Below the pieces are notes generated by a model. The model was not told the DNA's origin, searched no databases, and saw only the letters and a list, made by a program, of their open reading frames with translations. Below are positions 21,175-31,337 of a DNA stretch of 64,000 nt, piece by piece. Position numbers and translations under genes: made by a program. Position 1 is the first letter of the stretch, and each line of letters starts with the position of its first letter. Source of the DNA: Lysobacterales bacterium (GTDB lineage Bacteria; Pseudomonadota; Gammaproteobacteria; Xanthomonadales; Xanthomonadaceae); contig JADKCY010000001.1 of assembly GCA_016718605.1 (NCBI GenBank), positions 58,156 through 122,155 on the forward strand. The letters are read 5' to 3'.

Positions 21175-22132
21175 GGCAAGCTCAGTTTTCCGCGACGGCA
21201 TCGACGCAGGCGCGCAAACCGTCACCGTCAGCACGCTGATCACCGAAGGCTTGCTACCGAGCACCTTCGCCAACCGTCAGGGCGCTGGCGGTGTTGCCGT
21301 GGGCACCTCGCCGTTTGGGCAACCCTATGCGATTCGCGCGATTCGACGGCCCGGCAGCATCCTGACCTTTGTGGTCTTCGATTCCGGCACCGTGATGCCC
21401 GGCCCGATCACCCGAACTGGTTACAACACCACGACGGACAGCCTGACCACGCTGAAAGGGCAAGTCTCGAGCGAAATTTCCAAGCACTACCAGATCCCGA
21501 CCGGCATCATCCGGCAAGGGGAAACCACCGCGCGCGGTGGCTTCAGCGGTTTCACCATCAATGTCTCGGCCTATGTCGGTGCCAGCGGCGTCACCCAGCC
21601 GACCGCGATCGTGCTGAAAGGCTTTCCGGAACTGGAGTCGGATGGCGGGGATGGGGGGGGATGAGCCAACCGGCGGCTACTCGGGAACGTGCAATATCGT
21701 GTGGGGCTATTACCGGGTCATTGCCGCCAATACGTATCAATATTATTCCCCAGCTGTCCAAGTAATGCCGAAGAGGTTGACCGATTCAGCGCCTGCACCA
21801 CCGGCGTTCGTGTCCGCAACACGCCAGTGGGTTTGGCGTTGACAATTGCGCCAAATCACTCCGAAACGCAAACCACGCGGACCTGCAATTACGGAGGATC
21901 ATCACACACACTGACGTCCACCACGAATTACGAATCGGTTTACGTCAATGCGGCGGAAATCAGCAATAACGAAGCCGGTGGATTCGTCACCCATTGCGGA
22001 TTTGTTCAAGAGAACCTTCAGCAAGTCCAACCCGCCTGCCATATTTACGAAACCGGACTTCCCAGTGTTCGTGATGTGGCGGCCAGTGCCGGCCAGAACG
22101 CCGAAGCCATTCTGTGCTGCATCGAAGAATGA
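21175..22132 (+). pseudogene. 5'-truncated, frameshifted PilV/type IVb pilin-like adhesin
   Basis: TVTVSTLITEGLLPSTFA...TSPFGQPYAIRA resembles the PilV_N core; no prepilin leader or credible start; TGA at 21662-21664 after a G8 run; Cys-rich C-terminal part continues to 22132. Confidence 0.5.
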
Positions 22133-22189
22133 CAAGTTGCGTCGAGAGGCCGCCGGGATACACTGTATTACCACAAACGGAGAGACACA

Positions 22190-23212
22190 ATGAAGGCACG
22201 GAATGTCCTGCTGCTGGTCGCAATTGGCCTACCGGCACTGGCAATGGCGGACTACCAGGCTGCGCCCTGGCCGGCTGGCAACCCGCCCGACGGTTGGCGG
22301 CCAGAACCTTACAAGGCTGGCAGTTGGTTCAGCATGGAGCGCAACGGGGCAGGTTGGGCGATCGAGCGCTTGCCACCCTTGGCCGGCGAAACGCGCCCCC
22401 TGTATGCCGGCACGCTGTATACCTACGGCAGTGGCGGACTTCCCTACTGGCTGCTGATGGCGGGCACCTTGGAATACGTGGGCTGGCAGGAGTATTTCCG
22501 AACCGGCGCAACCGCCAAGTTCAGCGGCGTTCTGAACGACGGCATCAACGGAGCATGCCCGACCTGCGCCTATCACCCGCCGACGGTTGGCCCAAGCCCT
22601 TACGGCACTGGCGAGATTCGGTTCTTGGCAGCCGCCGAGGCTGATGTCTATGTCAACGGCACACAACGGGTTGAACGGATCAAGACCTCTGAGCATCTGT
22701 TGCTTCGGCCCGTAGCCAGCCTATTGGAAGGTGAATGGAAGCGTTTCGAATACCTTAACAACGGCACTGTTACGGAATATACAGACACGTACGTTTTTAC
22801 GCGTATCACAACACCGGCCTGGGCGGGTAATATCACGGCGGCGGCCAATGTCCAACACAAGCCAAGAGCTACCAATACGGTATGGTACAGCCATACCTTG
22901 CCCGGCTGGAACATGGTCTACGACATGGATAGCGCAACCATCCGTGCCTATAACATGCCAGAAGGCACTACCGTGTGCGGCGAGGAACTCACAGAAGTCT
23001 CCAACTTGGGCATTCGTCAACGAATTGGCTATATCATGACGGCGGAGTGTCTGATTTTCGATATGGTGCTGATCGACGATAACACTATTGTTGAAACCGC
23101 CTTCTACAATAACAAGGACAGAGTCCAGAATCTTCCAGTCAGTCCTGGCGCTGGAAACGACGGCTTCACCACCTTTCGCTATGAGCGCGTTCGCCCGCAA
23201 GAGCAGCAGTAA
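22190..23212 (+). CDS. Secreted hypothetical protein with a WF...YTY..G.PYWL...CPTC beta-rich domain
   Basis: GGAGAG RBS; signal peptide MKARNVLLLVAIGLPALAMA; 340 aa open frame. Confidence 0.75.
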   Translation: MKARNVLLLVAIGLPALAMADYQAAPWPAGNPPDGWRPEPYKAGSWFSMERNGAGWAIERLPPLAGETRPLYAGTLYTYGSGGLPYWLLMAGTLEYVGWQEYFRTGATAKFSGVLNDGINGACPTCAYHPPTVGPSPYGTGEIRFLAAAEADVYVNGTQRVERIKTSEHLLLRPVASLLEGEWKRFEYLNNGTVTEYTDTYVFTRITTPAWAGNITAAANVQHKPRATNTVWYSHTLPGWNMVYDMDSATIRAYNMPEGTTVCGEELTEVSNLGIRQRIGYIMTAECLIFDMVLIDDNTIVETAFYNNKDRVQNLPVSPGAGNDGFTTFRYERVRPQEQQ

Positions 23213-23335
23213 AGCGGTTCAACGGGCCGGGCGTCCAACCCCTGCTGATTCGAGAATTTAGGCGGCAATTCCGTGGGCAACCGGCATCGCGCCGAGGGCC
23301 GCTACTACAAGGTCGGCGACTGACCTGCAAACACC

Positions 23336-23364
23336 CCCACAGGCCGCCTCGCGCGGCCTGTGGG
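23336..23364. terminator. Strong GC hairpin, probable terminator
   Basis: CCCACAGGCCGC-CTCGC-GCGGCCTGTGGG perfect 12-bp stem; no U tract. Confidence 0.45.
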
Positions 23365-23516
23365 TAACCCTGCCGAATCACTACTGCCGACCCCATCCGC
23401 CCCGCTGGTCGTCTGCGTGTGTCCCGAGGGCCGTTTCCAGGCAGCGGGAACGTTGACTGTTCACCCTGGCCGGGCACGAAGACGTTGGACAAACCCGATG
23501 TCGTACCAACTCCGAT

Positions 23517-23903
23517 TCACACCTTGATGATGGTGTCGCTATAGCGCGCCACCAGCGCATCGTGGGTCATCAGTCGCATTGGCTCGATAAGCGCTTGCGC
23601 AACGAGAATGCGATCAAAGGGGTCGTTGTGGTGAGCGGGCAGTCCTTCGACAGCCACAGCATGTTCCGCCTCCACGGCGAGGAAACGATAACCGGATTCG
23701 CGGAAGTAGCGCACGGCGTCTTGGCTGGCTACAGGCATGTCGCCTCGTGCAAGTGCGTGCTTGATCGCGATCTCCCAAACGCTTGCCGCACTGATCCAGA
23801 CGGCGGTCTTCGGGGATTGGATCAGCTCCCGTGCCTTCTCGGTCAGCTTCGGACTGTCCACAATGGCCCACAGGGCAACGTGAGTGTCCAGTAGCAGGTT
23901 CAC
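23517..23903 (-). CDS. vapC: PIN-domain toxin (VapC family)
   Basis: LLLDTHVALW, SAASVWEIAIK, HNDPFDRILVAQA, LMTHD. Confidence 0.92.
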   Translation of the reverse strand: MNLLLDTHVALWAIVDSPKLTEKARELIQSPKTAVWISAASVWEIAIKHALARGDMPVASQDAVRYFRESGYRFLAVEAEHAVAVEGLPAHHNDPFDRILVAQALIEPMRLMTHDALVARYSDTIIKV

Positions 23904-24148
23904 GACTGAGTCCCCCCCATGAACAGCCGCGCCACTTCCTCGTTATGGGCGTCTATGGTGTCTGGCACCTCGAAGCGGCCCTTTGCGACGCCAATGCGTT
24001 GGCCAGCCGGTACGGCATCCATCGGCACCAGTTTGGCCGCCGGGCGGCCGTTGCGTGCAATGACGATCTCGCGCGCTTGGCCCTGCTCGATGGCTTCCAC
24101 CAAGCGGGACAGCGAGGATTTGGCTTGCAGCATGTTGACGGATTGCAT
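23900..24148 (-). CDS. Phd/YefM-family antitoxin
   Basis: NMLQAKSSLSRLVEA...EIVIARNGRPAAKLVP; 4-nt overlap with the toxin gene. Confidence 0.92.
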   Translation of the reverse strand: MQSVNMLQAKSSLSRLVEAIEQGQAREIVIARNGRPAAKLVPMDAVPAGQRIGVAKGRFEVPDTIDAHNEEVARLFMGGTQS

Positions 24149-24170
24149 GGCATCCTCCGCTTGGGTGTGG

Positions 24171-24203
24171 AATTAGTCTAGTCTAGCTAATTGAAGACGT
24201 GAA
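24171..24203 (-). promoter_or_regulatory. TA promoter with overlapping palindromic operator
   Basis: Minus strand TTCACG-17 nt-TAGACT; imperfect palindrome AATTAGTCTAGTCTAGCTAATT (24171-24192) covers the -10. Confidence 0.65.
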
Positions 24204-24273
24204 GTACGTCGCCCCCCTACCTTCACTCGCGGCCATAAGTCGCCCAGCCTTGTTATCACAAGAGCCACTGCGA

Positions 24274-25446
24274 CTACATCAACCCCCGCATCGCCAAATG
24301 CAAGCCATCCGGCGTCAGCGGGTACATCTGTCCTTCCACCAGTTCGCGGACCAGTTGGGTCGACATCGTGTAACGCCAGCGCTCCGTCGGGATGGGGTTG
24401 ATCCAGACCACCTTACGAAAGTGGTCGCGCAGTTGGCGGAAGCTGGTTTCGCCGGGTTCGGGGTTCCAATGCTCGACGCTACCGCCCGGATGGGTGATTT
24501 CGTAGGGCCCCATGGCGGCATCGCCGACAAAGACGATCTTGTAGTCGGCGTTGTAGCGCGCCAGCAGGTCGGCCAAGGGGATTCTCGTGCTGCCGCGACG
24601 CTGGTTGTCAGTCCAGACGTGATCGTAGAGGAAGTTGTGGAAGTAGAAATGTTCGAGGCGCTTGAACTCGCTGCGCGCCGCGCCGAACAGGGCTTCGCAC
24701 GCGGCCACGTGGTCGTCCATCGAGCCGCCGATGTCGAGGAACAGTAGCACTTTCACGGCATTGCGCCGTTCGGGGCGCAGTTTCACGTCAAGCAAGCCGC
24801 CCTCTTTGGCGGTGGCGGCAATCGTGCCGGGTAGATCGAGTTCTTCCGCCGCGCCCTCGCGGGCAAAGCGCCGCAGTTGGCGCAAAGCCGTCTTGAAGTT
24901 GCGTGAGGACAGCTCGGCGTCGCCATCCAGATTGCGGTACTCGCGCCGTTCCCAGACCTTGGCGGCCATACGACCTCCACCCTGCGGACCCACGCGAATG
25001 CCGCCTGGATGGTAGCCGCCCGCGCCGAACGGACTGGTGCCATTGCTGCCGACCCAACGATTGCCACCCTCGTGGCGTTCCTTCTGTTCGGCCAATCGTT
25101 CGCGAAAGCGCCGCATCAGCTCTTCCAGGCCACCAAGTTGCTGGATCTGCGCTTTTTCCTCGTCGGTGAAAACGCGCTCGAACTCGCGTTTTAGCCAGTC
25201 TTCGGGGATGGCAGCGAATGTTTCGTCGGGCAATCGGGACACGCCTTGCCAGAAGCGCCCGAAGGCGCGGTCGAAGCGATCGAAATGGCGTTCATCCTTG
25301 ACCAACACAGCCCGCGCCAGCGCATGAAACTGCTCGATGTCGGCAAAGACCAGATCCGCCTGCAGGGCCGCCATCAGGTCCAGCCACTCGCGCAGCGTGA
25401 CCGGCACCTTTTCCCCCCGCAATGCCTCGAACAAGCCGATCAACAT
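24274..25446 (-). CDS. VWA-domain protein (MoxR partner)
   Basis: MIDAS-like DIGGSM; IVFVGDA; follows MoxR ATPase. Confidence 0.85.
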   Translation of the reverse strand: MLIGLFEALRGEKVPVTLREWLDLMAALQADLVFADIEQFHALARAVLVKDERHFDRFDRAFGRFWQGVSRLPDETFAAIPEDWLKREFERVFTDEEKAQIQQLGGLEELMRRFRERLAEQKERHEGGNRWVGSNGTSPFGAGGYHPGGIRVGPQGGGRMAAKVWERREYRNLDGDAELSSRNFKTALRQLRRFAREGAAEELDLPGTIAATAKEGGLLDVKLRPERRNAVKVLLFLDIGGSMDDHVAACEALFGAARSEFKRLEHFYFHNFLYDHVWTDNQRRGSTRIPLADLLARYNADYKIVFVGDAAMGPYEITHPGGSVEHWNPEPGETSFRQLRDHFRKVVWINPIPTERWRYTMSTQLVRELVEGQMYPLTPDGLHLAMRGLM

Positions 25447-25452
25447 GGGTGA

Positions 25453-26298
25453 TCAACGCTGCTGACGACGATGCATGAAGGCCAGACGTTCCAGCAATTG
25501 CACGTCCTGTTCGTTCTTGATCAGCGCGCCATACAAGGGTGGGATCGCCTTGCCCGCGTCGGGATTGTGCAAGGCTTCAGCGGGAATACGATCCGACAAC
25601 AACAGTTTCAGCCAGTCGATCAGCTCGGAGGTGGATGGCTTCTTCTTCAGCCCTGGCACTTCCCGCAGCTCGAAAAACACCTCCAGCGCACGCTGCACCA
25701 AGCGATTCTCCATGTCGGGATAGTGCACGGCGACGATCCGTTCCAATGTCGCCCGATCAGGGAACGCAATGTAGTGGAAGAAGCACCGCCGCAGGAAGGC
25801 GTCCGGTAGCTCCTTTTCGTTGTTGGAGGTGATGATGATTACCGGTCGTTGTCGCGCGCGGACCGTTTCGCCGGTTTCGTAGACATGGAACTCCATGCGG
25901 TCGAGTTCCTGCAGCAGATCATTCGGAAACTCGATGTCGGCCTTGTCGACTTCATCGATCAACAACACCACCCGCTGTGCGTGGTCAAACGCTTCCCACA
26001 ACTTGCCGCGCCGAATGTAATGCCGCACATCGTGAACACGCGGATCACCCAACTGCGAATCGCGCAGTCGACTCACCGCGTCGTATTCGTACAAGCCCTG
26101 CTGCGCCTTGGTGGTCGACTTCACGTGCCAGGCCAGCAAGGGCGCGCCAAGCGCGTCGGCCACTTCCTCCGCGAGCATGGTCTTGCCCGTCCCCGGTTCT
26201 CCCTTGATCAGCAATGGCCGCTGCAAGGTGATGGCCGCGTTCACCGCCAACTTCAAGGCCTCGGTGGCGACATAACGCTCAGTACCCTGGAACTTCAT
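25453..26298 (-). CDS. MoxR-family AAA+ ATPase
   Basis: Walker A GEPGTGKT, Walker B LLIDE, ELPDAFLRRC. Confidence 0.9.
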   Translation of the reverse strand: MKFQGTERYVATEALKLAVNAAITLQRPLLIKGEPGTGKTMLAEEVADALGAPLLAWHVKSTTKAQQGLYEYDAVSRLRDSQLGDPRVHDVRHYIRRGKLWEAFDHAQRVVLLIDEVDKADIEFPNDLLQELDRMEFHVYETGETVRARQRPVIIITSNNEKELPDAFLRRCFFHYIAFPDRATLERIVAVHYPDMENRLVQRALEVFFELREVPGLKKKPSTSELIDWLKLLLSDRIPAEALHNPDAGKAIPPLYGALIKNEQDVQLLERLAFMHRRQQR

Positions 26299-26516
26299 TG
26301 GCGGCCTCGCCGTGTTGGAATGAAACAAGCCTAGCGCAGGCAAGCCGGCCAACGTTCGAATTTCTTTGCCTACTTGGTAGCGTGAACTGAAGCACTTGCA
26401 ACTGCCACGTTCGGCCGCATCTGGGAACTCGGGATCACACTGGTAAACTGGCAGCACGCAGTAGCCTGTTGGCTCTGCATCTTTCGTTCAACTCCCCCGT
26501 TCGATAAGGAACTCTC

Positions 26517-28046
26517 ATGGCAGCGCACATCCTGCAGGCGCTCGGCTTGGCCGACAGCAACTCCGGTACCTATCTTGGCAATGGCGAATGGTCCTCGACC
26601 GCAGACGCCGGTGTGCTGGAGCCCATCAATCCCAGCAACAACGAGGTCATTGCACGGGTTCAGGCGAGCTCCGAGGCGGACTACGAGATGATCATGCAAC
26701 GCGCGCAGGCGGCGTTCAAAGTCTGGCGCACAACCCCGGCGCCACGGCGTGGTGAGGCGGTGCGCCTGTGCGGTGATGCCTTGCGCAAGCACAAAGATGC
26801 CTTGGGCAGTCTGGTTGCCCTAGAGATGGGCAAGATCAAGCCTGAAGGCGACGGCGAAGTGCAAGAGATGATCGATATCGCCGACTTCGCGGTCGGTCAA
26901 TCGCGCATGCTGTATGGCTACACCATGCACTCGGAGCGCCCCGGTCATCGCATGTACGAGCAATGGCATCCGCTGGGCATCGTCGGTGTCATCAGTGCCT
27001 TCAATTTCCCCGTTGCGGTCTGGGCCTGGAACAGCTTTCTGGCGGCGATCTGCGGCAACATTACGATCTGGAAGCCCTCACCCAAGGTGCCGCTGTCGGC
27101 GGTGGCGGCGATGAAGATCTGCAACGAGGCGCTACACGCCGGTGGTTTCCCCGACATATTTTTCCTGTTCAACGATGCGGGTACCGAGCTGGCGCAGAAG
27201 TTCGTTGATGACCACCGCATCCCGCTGATCAGCTTCACTGGATCGACTCAAGTGGGTCGCTTGGTCGGCGAGCGTGTCGCGCAGCGCATGGGCCGCTCCT
27301 TGCTGGAGCTGGGCGGTAACAACGCCATCATCGTCGATGAAACTGCAGACCTGAAGCTGGCAATTCCGGCCATTGTGTTCGGGGCAGTCGGCACGGCGGG
27401 TCAGCGCTGTACCAGCACGCGCCGTCTGTTCGTGCACCGCTCGCGAATGGACGAAATTTTGCCGCGCCTGCTGACGGCCTACAAGCAAGTCGAGGCCAAG
27501 ATTGGCGATCCGACCGACTCGGCGACATTGATGGGGCCGCTAACCGATCAGGCGTCAGTGCAGCGTTTCCTCGGCATGCTCGACAAGGCGCGTGCACTGG
27601 GCGGCACGGTGCACGGTGGCGTGAAGCTGGATCGACCGGGCAACTTCGTCACCCCTGCTATCGTCACTGGCGTCAGTAACAGCAGCGAGGTCGTGCAGAC
27701 CGAGACCTTTGCACCAATTCTGTACGTGATGCCTTTCGATACGCTGGATGAGGCAATCGACATGCAGAACGCCGTCCCGCAGGGCTTGTCGTCGGCGATC
27801 TTTACGCTCAATCTCAAATCTGCTGAGCAGTTCCTGACGGCCGCTGGTTCCGACTGCGGCATCGCCAATGTCAACATCGGCACATCGGGCGCAGAAATCG
27901 GTGGCGCGTTCGGGGGCGAGAAAGAAACTGGCGGCGGCCGTGAATCCGGCTCTGATGCCTGGAAAGCGTACATGCGACGCCAGACCAACACCATCAACTA
28001 CTCGAATGCGCTGCCGTTGGCGCAAGGCATCAAGTTCGATCTGTGA
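26517..28046 (+). CDS. Aldehyde dehydrogenase, ALDH7/AmaB (piperideine-6-carboxylate dehydrogenase) type
   Basis: [63 protein letters not shown]. Confidence 0.88.
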   Translation: MAAHILQALGLADSNSGTYLGNGEWSSTADAGVLEPINPSNNEVIARVQASSEADYEMIMQRAQAAFKVWRTTPAPRRGEAVRLCGDALRKHKDALGSLVALEMGKIKPEGDGEVQEMIDIADFAVGQSRMLYGYTMHSERPGHRMYEQWHPLGIVGVISAFNFPVAVWAWNSFLAAICGNITIWKPSPKVPLSAVAAMKICNEALHAGGFPDIFFLFNDAGTELAQKFVDDHRIPLISFTGSTQVGRLVGERVAQRMGRSLLELGGNNAIIVDETADLKLAIPAIVFGAVGTAGQRCTSTRRLFVHRSRMDEILPRLLTAYKQVEAKIGDPTDSATLMGPLTDQASVQRFLGMLDKARALGGTVHGGVKLDRPGNFVTPAIVTGVSNSSEVVQTETFAPILYVMPFDTLDEAIDMQNAVPQGLSSAIFTLNLKSAEQFLTAAGSDCGIANVNIGTSGAEIGGAFGGEKETGGGRESGSDAWKAYMRRQTNTINYSNALPLAQGIKFDL

Positions 28047-28053
28047 ACACGTC

Positions 28054-28087
28054 AAACGGGCTGCGGATCGTCTACTGCAGTCCGTTT
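28054..28087 (+). terminator. Hairpin after the ALDH gene
   Basis: AAACGGGCTGCGG / CTGCAGTCCGTTT stem with G-U pairs, 7 nt after the stop codon. Confidence 0.5.
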
Positions 28088-28297
28088 CGACACACGCAAA
28101 ATTGACGCAATGCGGCGAAAAAGCCGCTAAGCTTCCAATTGCAAAATTTCGTGATGGGTTTTGCCTAGTTCGAGCGACTAGTACGCAGGGGTGGAGACAT
28201 GCTGGGGAGCAGGTCTCCGTGTGATCACCGTAACTGATCGGGCTTTGCGCTCGTTGGGTTGTGGCTGGATTTGACTTCAACCTGCTTGGACTACTGC

Positions 28298-29341
28298 ATG
28301 TATTCGTTCGTTCGCCCTCTGTTGTTTTCGCTTGACCCTGAGCGTGCGCATGACCTGGCGCTCTCACAACTCGACAAGTTGCATTCGTTGGGACTGACTC
28401 GCCTTGTCGCACCCGCGGTCAAGCCGTGCAAAGTCAAACTCTGGAACATCGAATTTGCCAATCCGGTAGGCATGGCAGCGGGCCTGGACAAAGATGGAAC
28501 CCACATCGACGCGCTCGGCGCGCTGGGTTTTGGCTTTCTGGAGATTGGCACGACGACCCCCAAGCCGCAGGAAGGCAACCCTAAACCGCGTCTTTTCCGG
28601 TTGAAGCAGCATGCCGCGATCATCAATCGCATGGGTTTCAACAATCTTGGCGTGAATGCCCTGCTGCAGAATGTCGATCGCAGTCGCTACAAAGGCGTGC
28701 TTGGCATCAATATCGGCAAAAATAAGGACACGCCCAACGAAAAAGCCTTTGACGACTACCGCTATTGTCTGGAGCGCGTTTACCCTGCCGCGCACTATGT
28801 AACCGTCAACATTTCCTCACCGAACACGCAAGGACTGCGCGAACTGCAGAATGCAGACGAACTGCATCGCCTGCTGAGTCGCCTGCGTGACACGCAGGAG
28901 AAATTGTCTGCACAACATCGCAAGCACACGCCAGTGTTGGTGAAAATTGCGCCAGATCTGAGCGATTCACAGCTGGAGTCGATGGCCATGATCCTTGCCG
29001 CCAGCCGGGTCGATGGCGTTATTGCGACCAACACAACGGTTGACCGCCTGCCTGTTCAGGGGCACATCCACGCGAAGGAAGCGGGCGGATTGTCCGGCAA
29101 GCCGCTCTATGGGCGTTCGACGCAGGTGCTTCGGCATCTGCGCGCGAATTTGCCTTCGACGATTCCAGTGATCGGCGTGGGTGGAATTCATTCAGGTGCC
29201 GATGCTGTTGGCAAGATTGCGGCCGGTGCTGCACTGGTACAGCTTTACACCGGCTTCATCTACCATGGCGCACCGCTGATCCGGGACTGTGTCGAAGCAA
29301 TTCGGCGCCGCCGCGAGATGGCCTCGCCACGTTCGAGTTAA
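28298..29341 (+). CDS. pyrD: Quinone-dependent dihydroorotate dehydrogenase
   Basis: [40 protein letters not shown]. Confidence 0.96.
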   Translation: MYSFVRPLLFSLDPERAHDLALSQLDKLHSLGLTRLVAPAVKPCKVKLWNIEFANPVGMAAGLDKDGTHIDALGALGFGFLEIGTTTPKPQEGNPKPRLFRLKQHAAIINRMGFNNLGVNALLQNVDRSRYKGVLGINIGKNKDTPNEKAFDDYRYCLERVYPAAHYVTVNISSPNTQGLRELQNADELHRLLSRLRDTQEKLSAQHRKHTPVLVKIAPDLSDSQLESMAMILAASRVDGVIATNTTVDRLPVQGHIHAKEAGGLSGKPLYGRSTQVLRHLRANLPSTIPVIGVGGIHSGADAVGKIAAGAALVQLYTGFIYHGAPLIRDCVEAIRRRREMASPRSS

Positions 29342-30405
29342 TGACGCTACCCCTACCGCTGACCCGCGCGTCACTGCGCGACCACAATAGTTTCCGATTC
29401 GCTGCGGAGGCGAGTTGGTTGTTGCGCGTGACGCATCCGGATCAGTTTGCAGATGCGGTCTCGATGGCTCGACATCAGGCTCGCTCGCAAAATGCCGACA
29501 TTGCGGTGTTGGGCGGTGGTAGCAACGTCCTGCTGGCTGAGCATATCGACGACCCGATACTGCAGATCGCCACCCGCGGTGTCAGGATTCGTGCCTTGTC
29601 CGGAAATGACTGGCTGGTGCACGCCGAGGCTGGAGAGCCTTGGCATCATCTGGTCGAGCATTGCGCGACCGCTGGGCTTTGGGGCATCGAAAATCTCAGC
29701 TTGATACCTGGCACAGTGGGTGCGGCACCGATCCAGAACATCGGCGCCTATGGCAGCGAGATCGCACACAGCGTGCATCAGGTTGCGGCGATCAATCTGC
29801 AAGACGCTCGGTCTCATGTGTTTACTGCCGCCGAATGTGCGTTTGGCTATCGCGAAAGCCGATTCAAGCGCGAGGCAGGTCAATGGCTGATACAAAGCGT
29901 CACCTTGCGACTCAGCGGAGAGGGACGTCCACGAACCGACTATCCGGGCGTCGAGGCCGCGCTGAGTGATGCCGGAATCGACGCACCCGAGATGGCGTCA
30001 CCGAAGGATGTCGCAGATGCGATTGCCGCCATCCGCAGGCGCAAGCTGCCCGATCCGGCACAGGTGGGCAATGCCGGGAGCTTCTTCAAGAATCCACACA
30101 TTACTGATGAGGCGGCCCTGAAGCTCGTGCAGACCAATCCGCACATCCCGCTGTTCACTGGCCCTCAACCGGGTTGGCGAAAGCTCTCTGCCGCTTGGTT
30201 GATCGAGGCATGCGGTTGGAAGGGCCATCGGCACGGTGAGGTCGGGGTGTCGGCGCAGCATGCCTTGGTGCTGGTGAACCATGGTGCTGGCAGCGCCAGC
30301 GATATTCTCAGCCTTGCCGCCTTGATTGCCGACTCGGTGAGGGCGCGATTCGGCGTGGTACTGGAACGAGAACCGGTGCTGCTTGGCTGCGCTGACAGAA
30401 CATGA
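29341..30405 (+). CDS. murB: UDP-N-acetylmuramate dehydrogenase
   Basis: LGGGSNVL, IPGTVGAAPIQNIGAYG, FGYRES, NAGSFFKNP, HALVLVN. Confidence 0.95.
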   Translation: MTLPLPLTRASLRDHNSFRFAAEASWLLRVTHPDQFADAVSMARHQARSQNADIAVLGGGSNVLLAEHIDDPILQIATRGVRIRALSGNDWLVHAEAGEPWHHLVEHCATAGLWGIENLSLIPGTVGAAPIQNIGAYGSEIAHSVHQVAAINLQDARSHVFTAAECAFGYRESRFKREAGQWLIQSVTLRLSGEGRPRTDYPGVEAALSDAGIDAPEMASPKDVADAIAAIRRRKLPDPAQVGNAGSFFKNPHITDEAALKLVQTNPHIPLFTGPQPGWRKLSAAWLIEACGWKGHRHGEVGVSAQHALVLVNHGAGSASDILSLAALIADSVRARFGVVLEREPVLLGCADRT

Positions 30406-31337
30406 GCATTGCGCCGCTCCCCGCCGCCCAGCAGGCCAGCAGAACCCTTTGGCAGGCGGTTGGCTGGATGGCTGCCAGTACGGTGTTCTTTGGCTTGATG
30501 GCGGTGTGGATCCGGCTTGCCAGTGCGCAATTGCATCCCTTCGAGATTGCCTTCTTCCGCAACCTGTTCGGGCTGGTTTTCGCCTTGCCCTTGCTGGCCA
30601 AGCACGGCCCCAGCCTGCTCAAAACCGACAAACTGACGTTCTACGTGCTGCGTTGCCTGATTGGCATTGCTTCCATGCTTGCCGGATTCTGGGCCATCGT
30701 GAATCTGCCTTTGGCGCAGGCGGTCGCACTGTCCTATGCCACGCCCCTGTTTGTCACGATTGGTGCCGTGCTAGTCCTTGGCGAGGTGGTACGAGCGCGT
30801 CGCTGGACCGCTGTATTGATCGGGTTCGTCGGCGTGATGGTGATCCTTCGCCCCGGCACCGACTTCAACCAGGGTGCATGGATTGCTGTGCTGTCGGCAG
30901 CCCTCAGTGGCACCGTTGCGATCAGCATCAAGTTTCTATCGCGCACTGAAAAGCCTGACGCTATCGTGCTGTTCACCACCCTGATCTGGGTACCGATGTC
31001 ACTGCTGCCGGCGCTGTTCGTATGGGAATGGCCGCAGGGCATCATCTGGCTATGGATCGTGTTGGCAGGGATGTTCGGCACACTGGGGCACCTGTGCTGG
31101 ACACGCGCCTTGCGCATGGCAGATGCCTCGTTCTTGACACCCATCAGTTTTTTGCAGATGCCGTTGGTGGTCGCCGCTGGCTTCTGGTTGTTTGATGAAC
31201 CAATGGATGCCTGGGTAGTTGCAGGCAGCTTGATCATCCTCGCAGCCAATGCCTACATCGCCCATCGCGAGGCACAGTTGGCGCGTCGAACAGTGAGTGA
31301 CCCGCAAGTCGCGAGCGAAGCCGTTCGTGATCGGTGA
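30402..31337 (+). CDS. DMT/EamA-family transporter
   Basis: About 10 TM helices in two EamA repeats. Confidence 0.88.
   Translation: MSIAPLPAAQQASRTLWQAVGWMAASTVFFGLMAVWIRLASAQLHPFEIAFFRNLFGLVFALPLLAKHGPSLLKTDKLTFYVLRCLIGIASMLAGFWAIVNLPLAQAVALSYATPLFVTIGAVLVLGEVVRARRWTAVLIGFVGVMVILRPGTDFNQGAWIAVLSAALSGTVAISIKFLSRTEKPDAIVLFTTLIWVPMSLLPALFVWEWPQGIIWLWIVLAGMFGTLGHLCWTRALRMADASFLTPISFLQMPLVVAAGFWLFDEPMDAWVVAGSLIILAANAYIAHREAQLARRTVSDPQVASEAVRDR

Larger units (their letters stand above)
21175..24203. mobile_element. Degenerate accessory islet (headless PilV-like gene, secreted protein, TA module); no integrase or att repeats seen
   Basis: Begins mid-gene right after a host stop codon; hand-counted GC 25/60 at 22741-22800 versus 41/60 at 24541-24600; TA module at the far end. 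Confidence 0.5.

Noticed and set aside
21175-23212. Functional shufflon
   Set aside because: No Rci-type recombinase, repeated sfx-like sites or inverted alternative tips visible
21169-23911. GACTGAG 7-mer at the islet's left junction and near the vapC start as a target-site duplication
   Set aside because: Too short to exceed chance, and the second copy lies inside the TA module, not at the islet edge
24274-26298. MoxR/VWA pair as a CbbQ/CbbO RuBisCO activase
   Set aside because: It lies over 30 kb from cbb, resembles the generic MoxR/VWA pair, and the form IC enzyme already has CbbX
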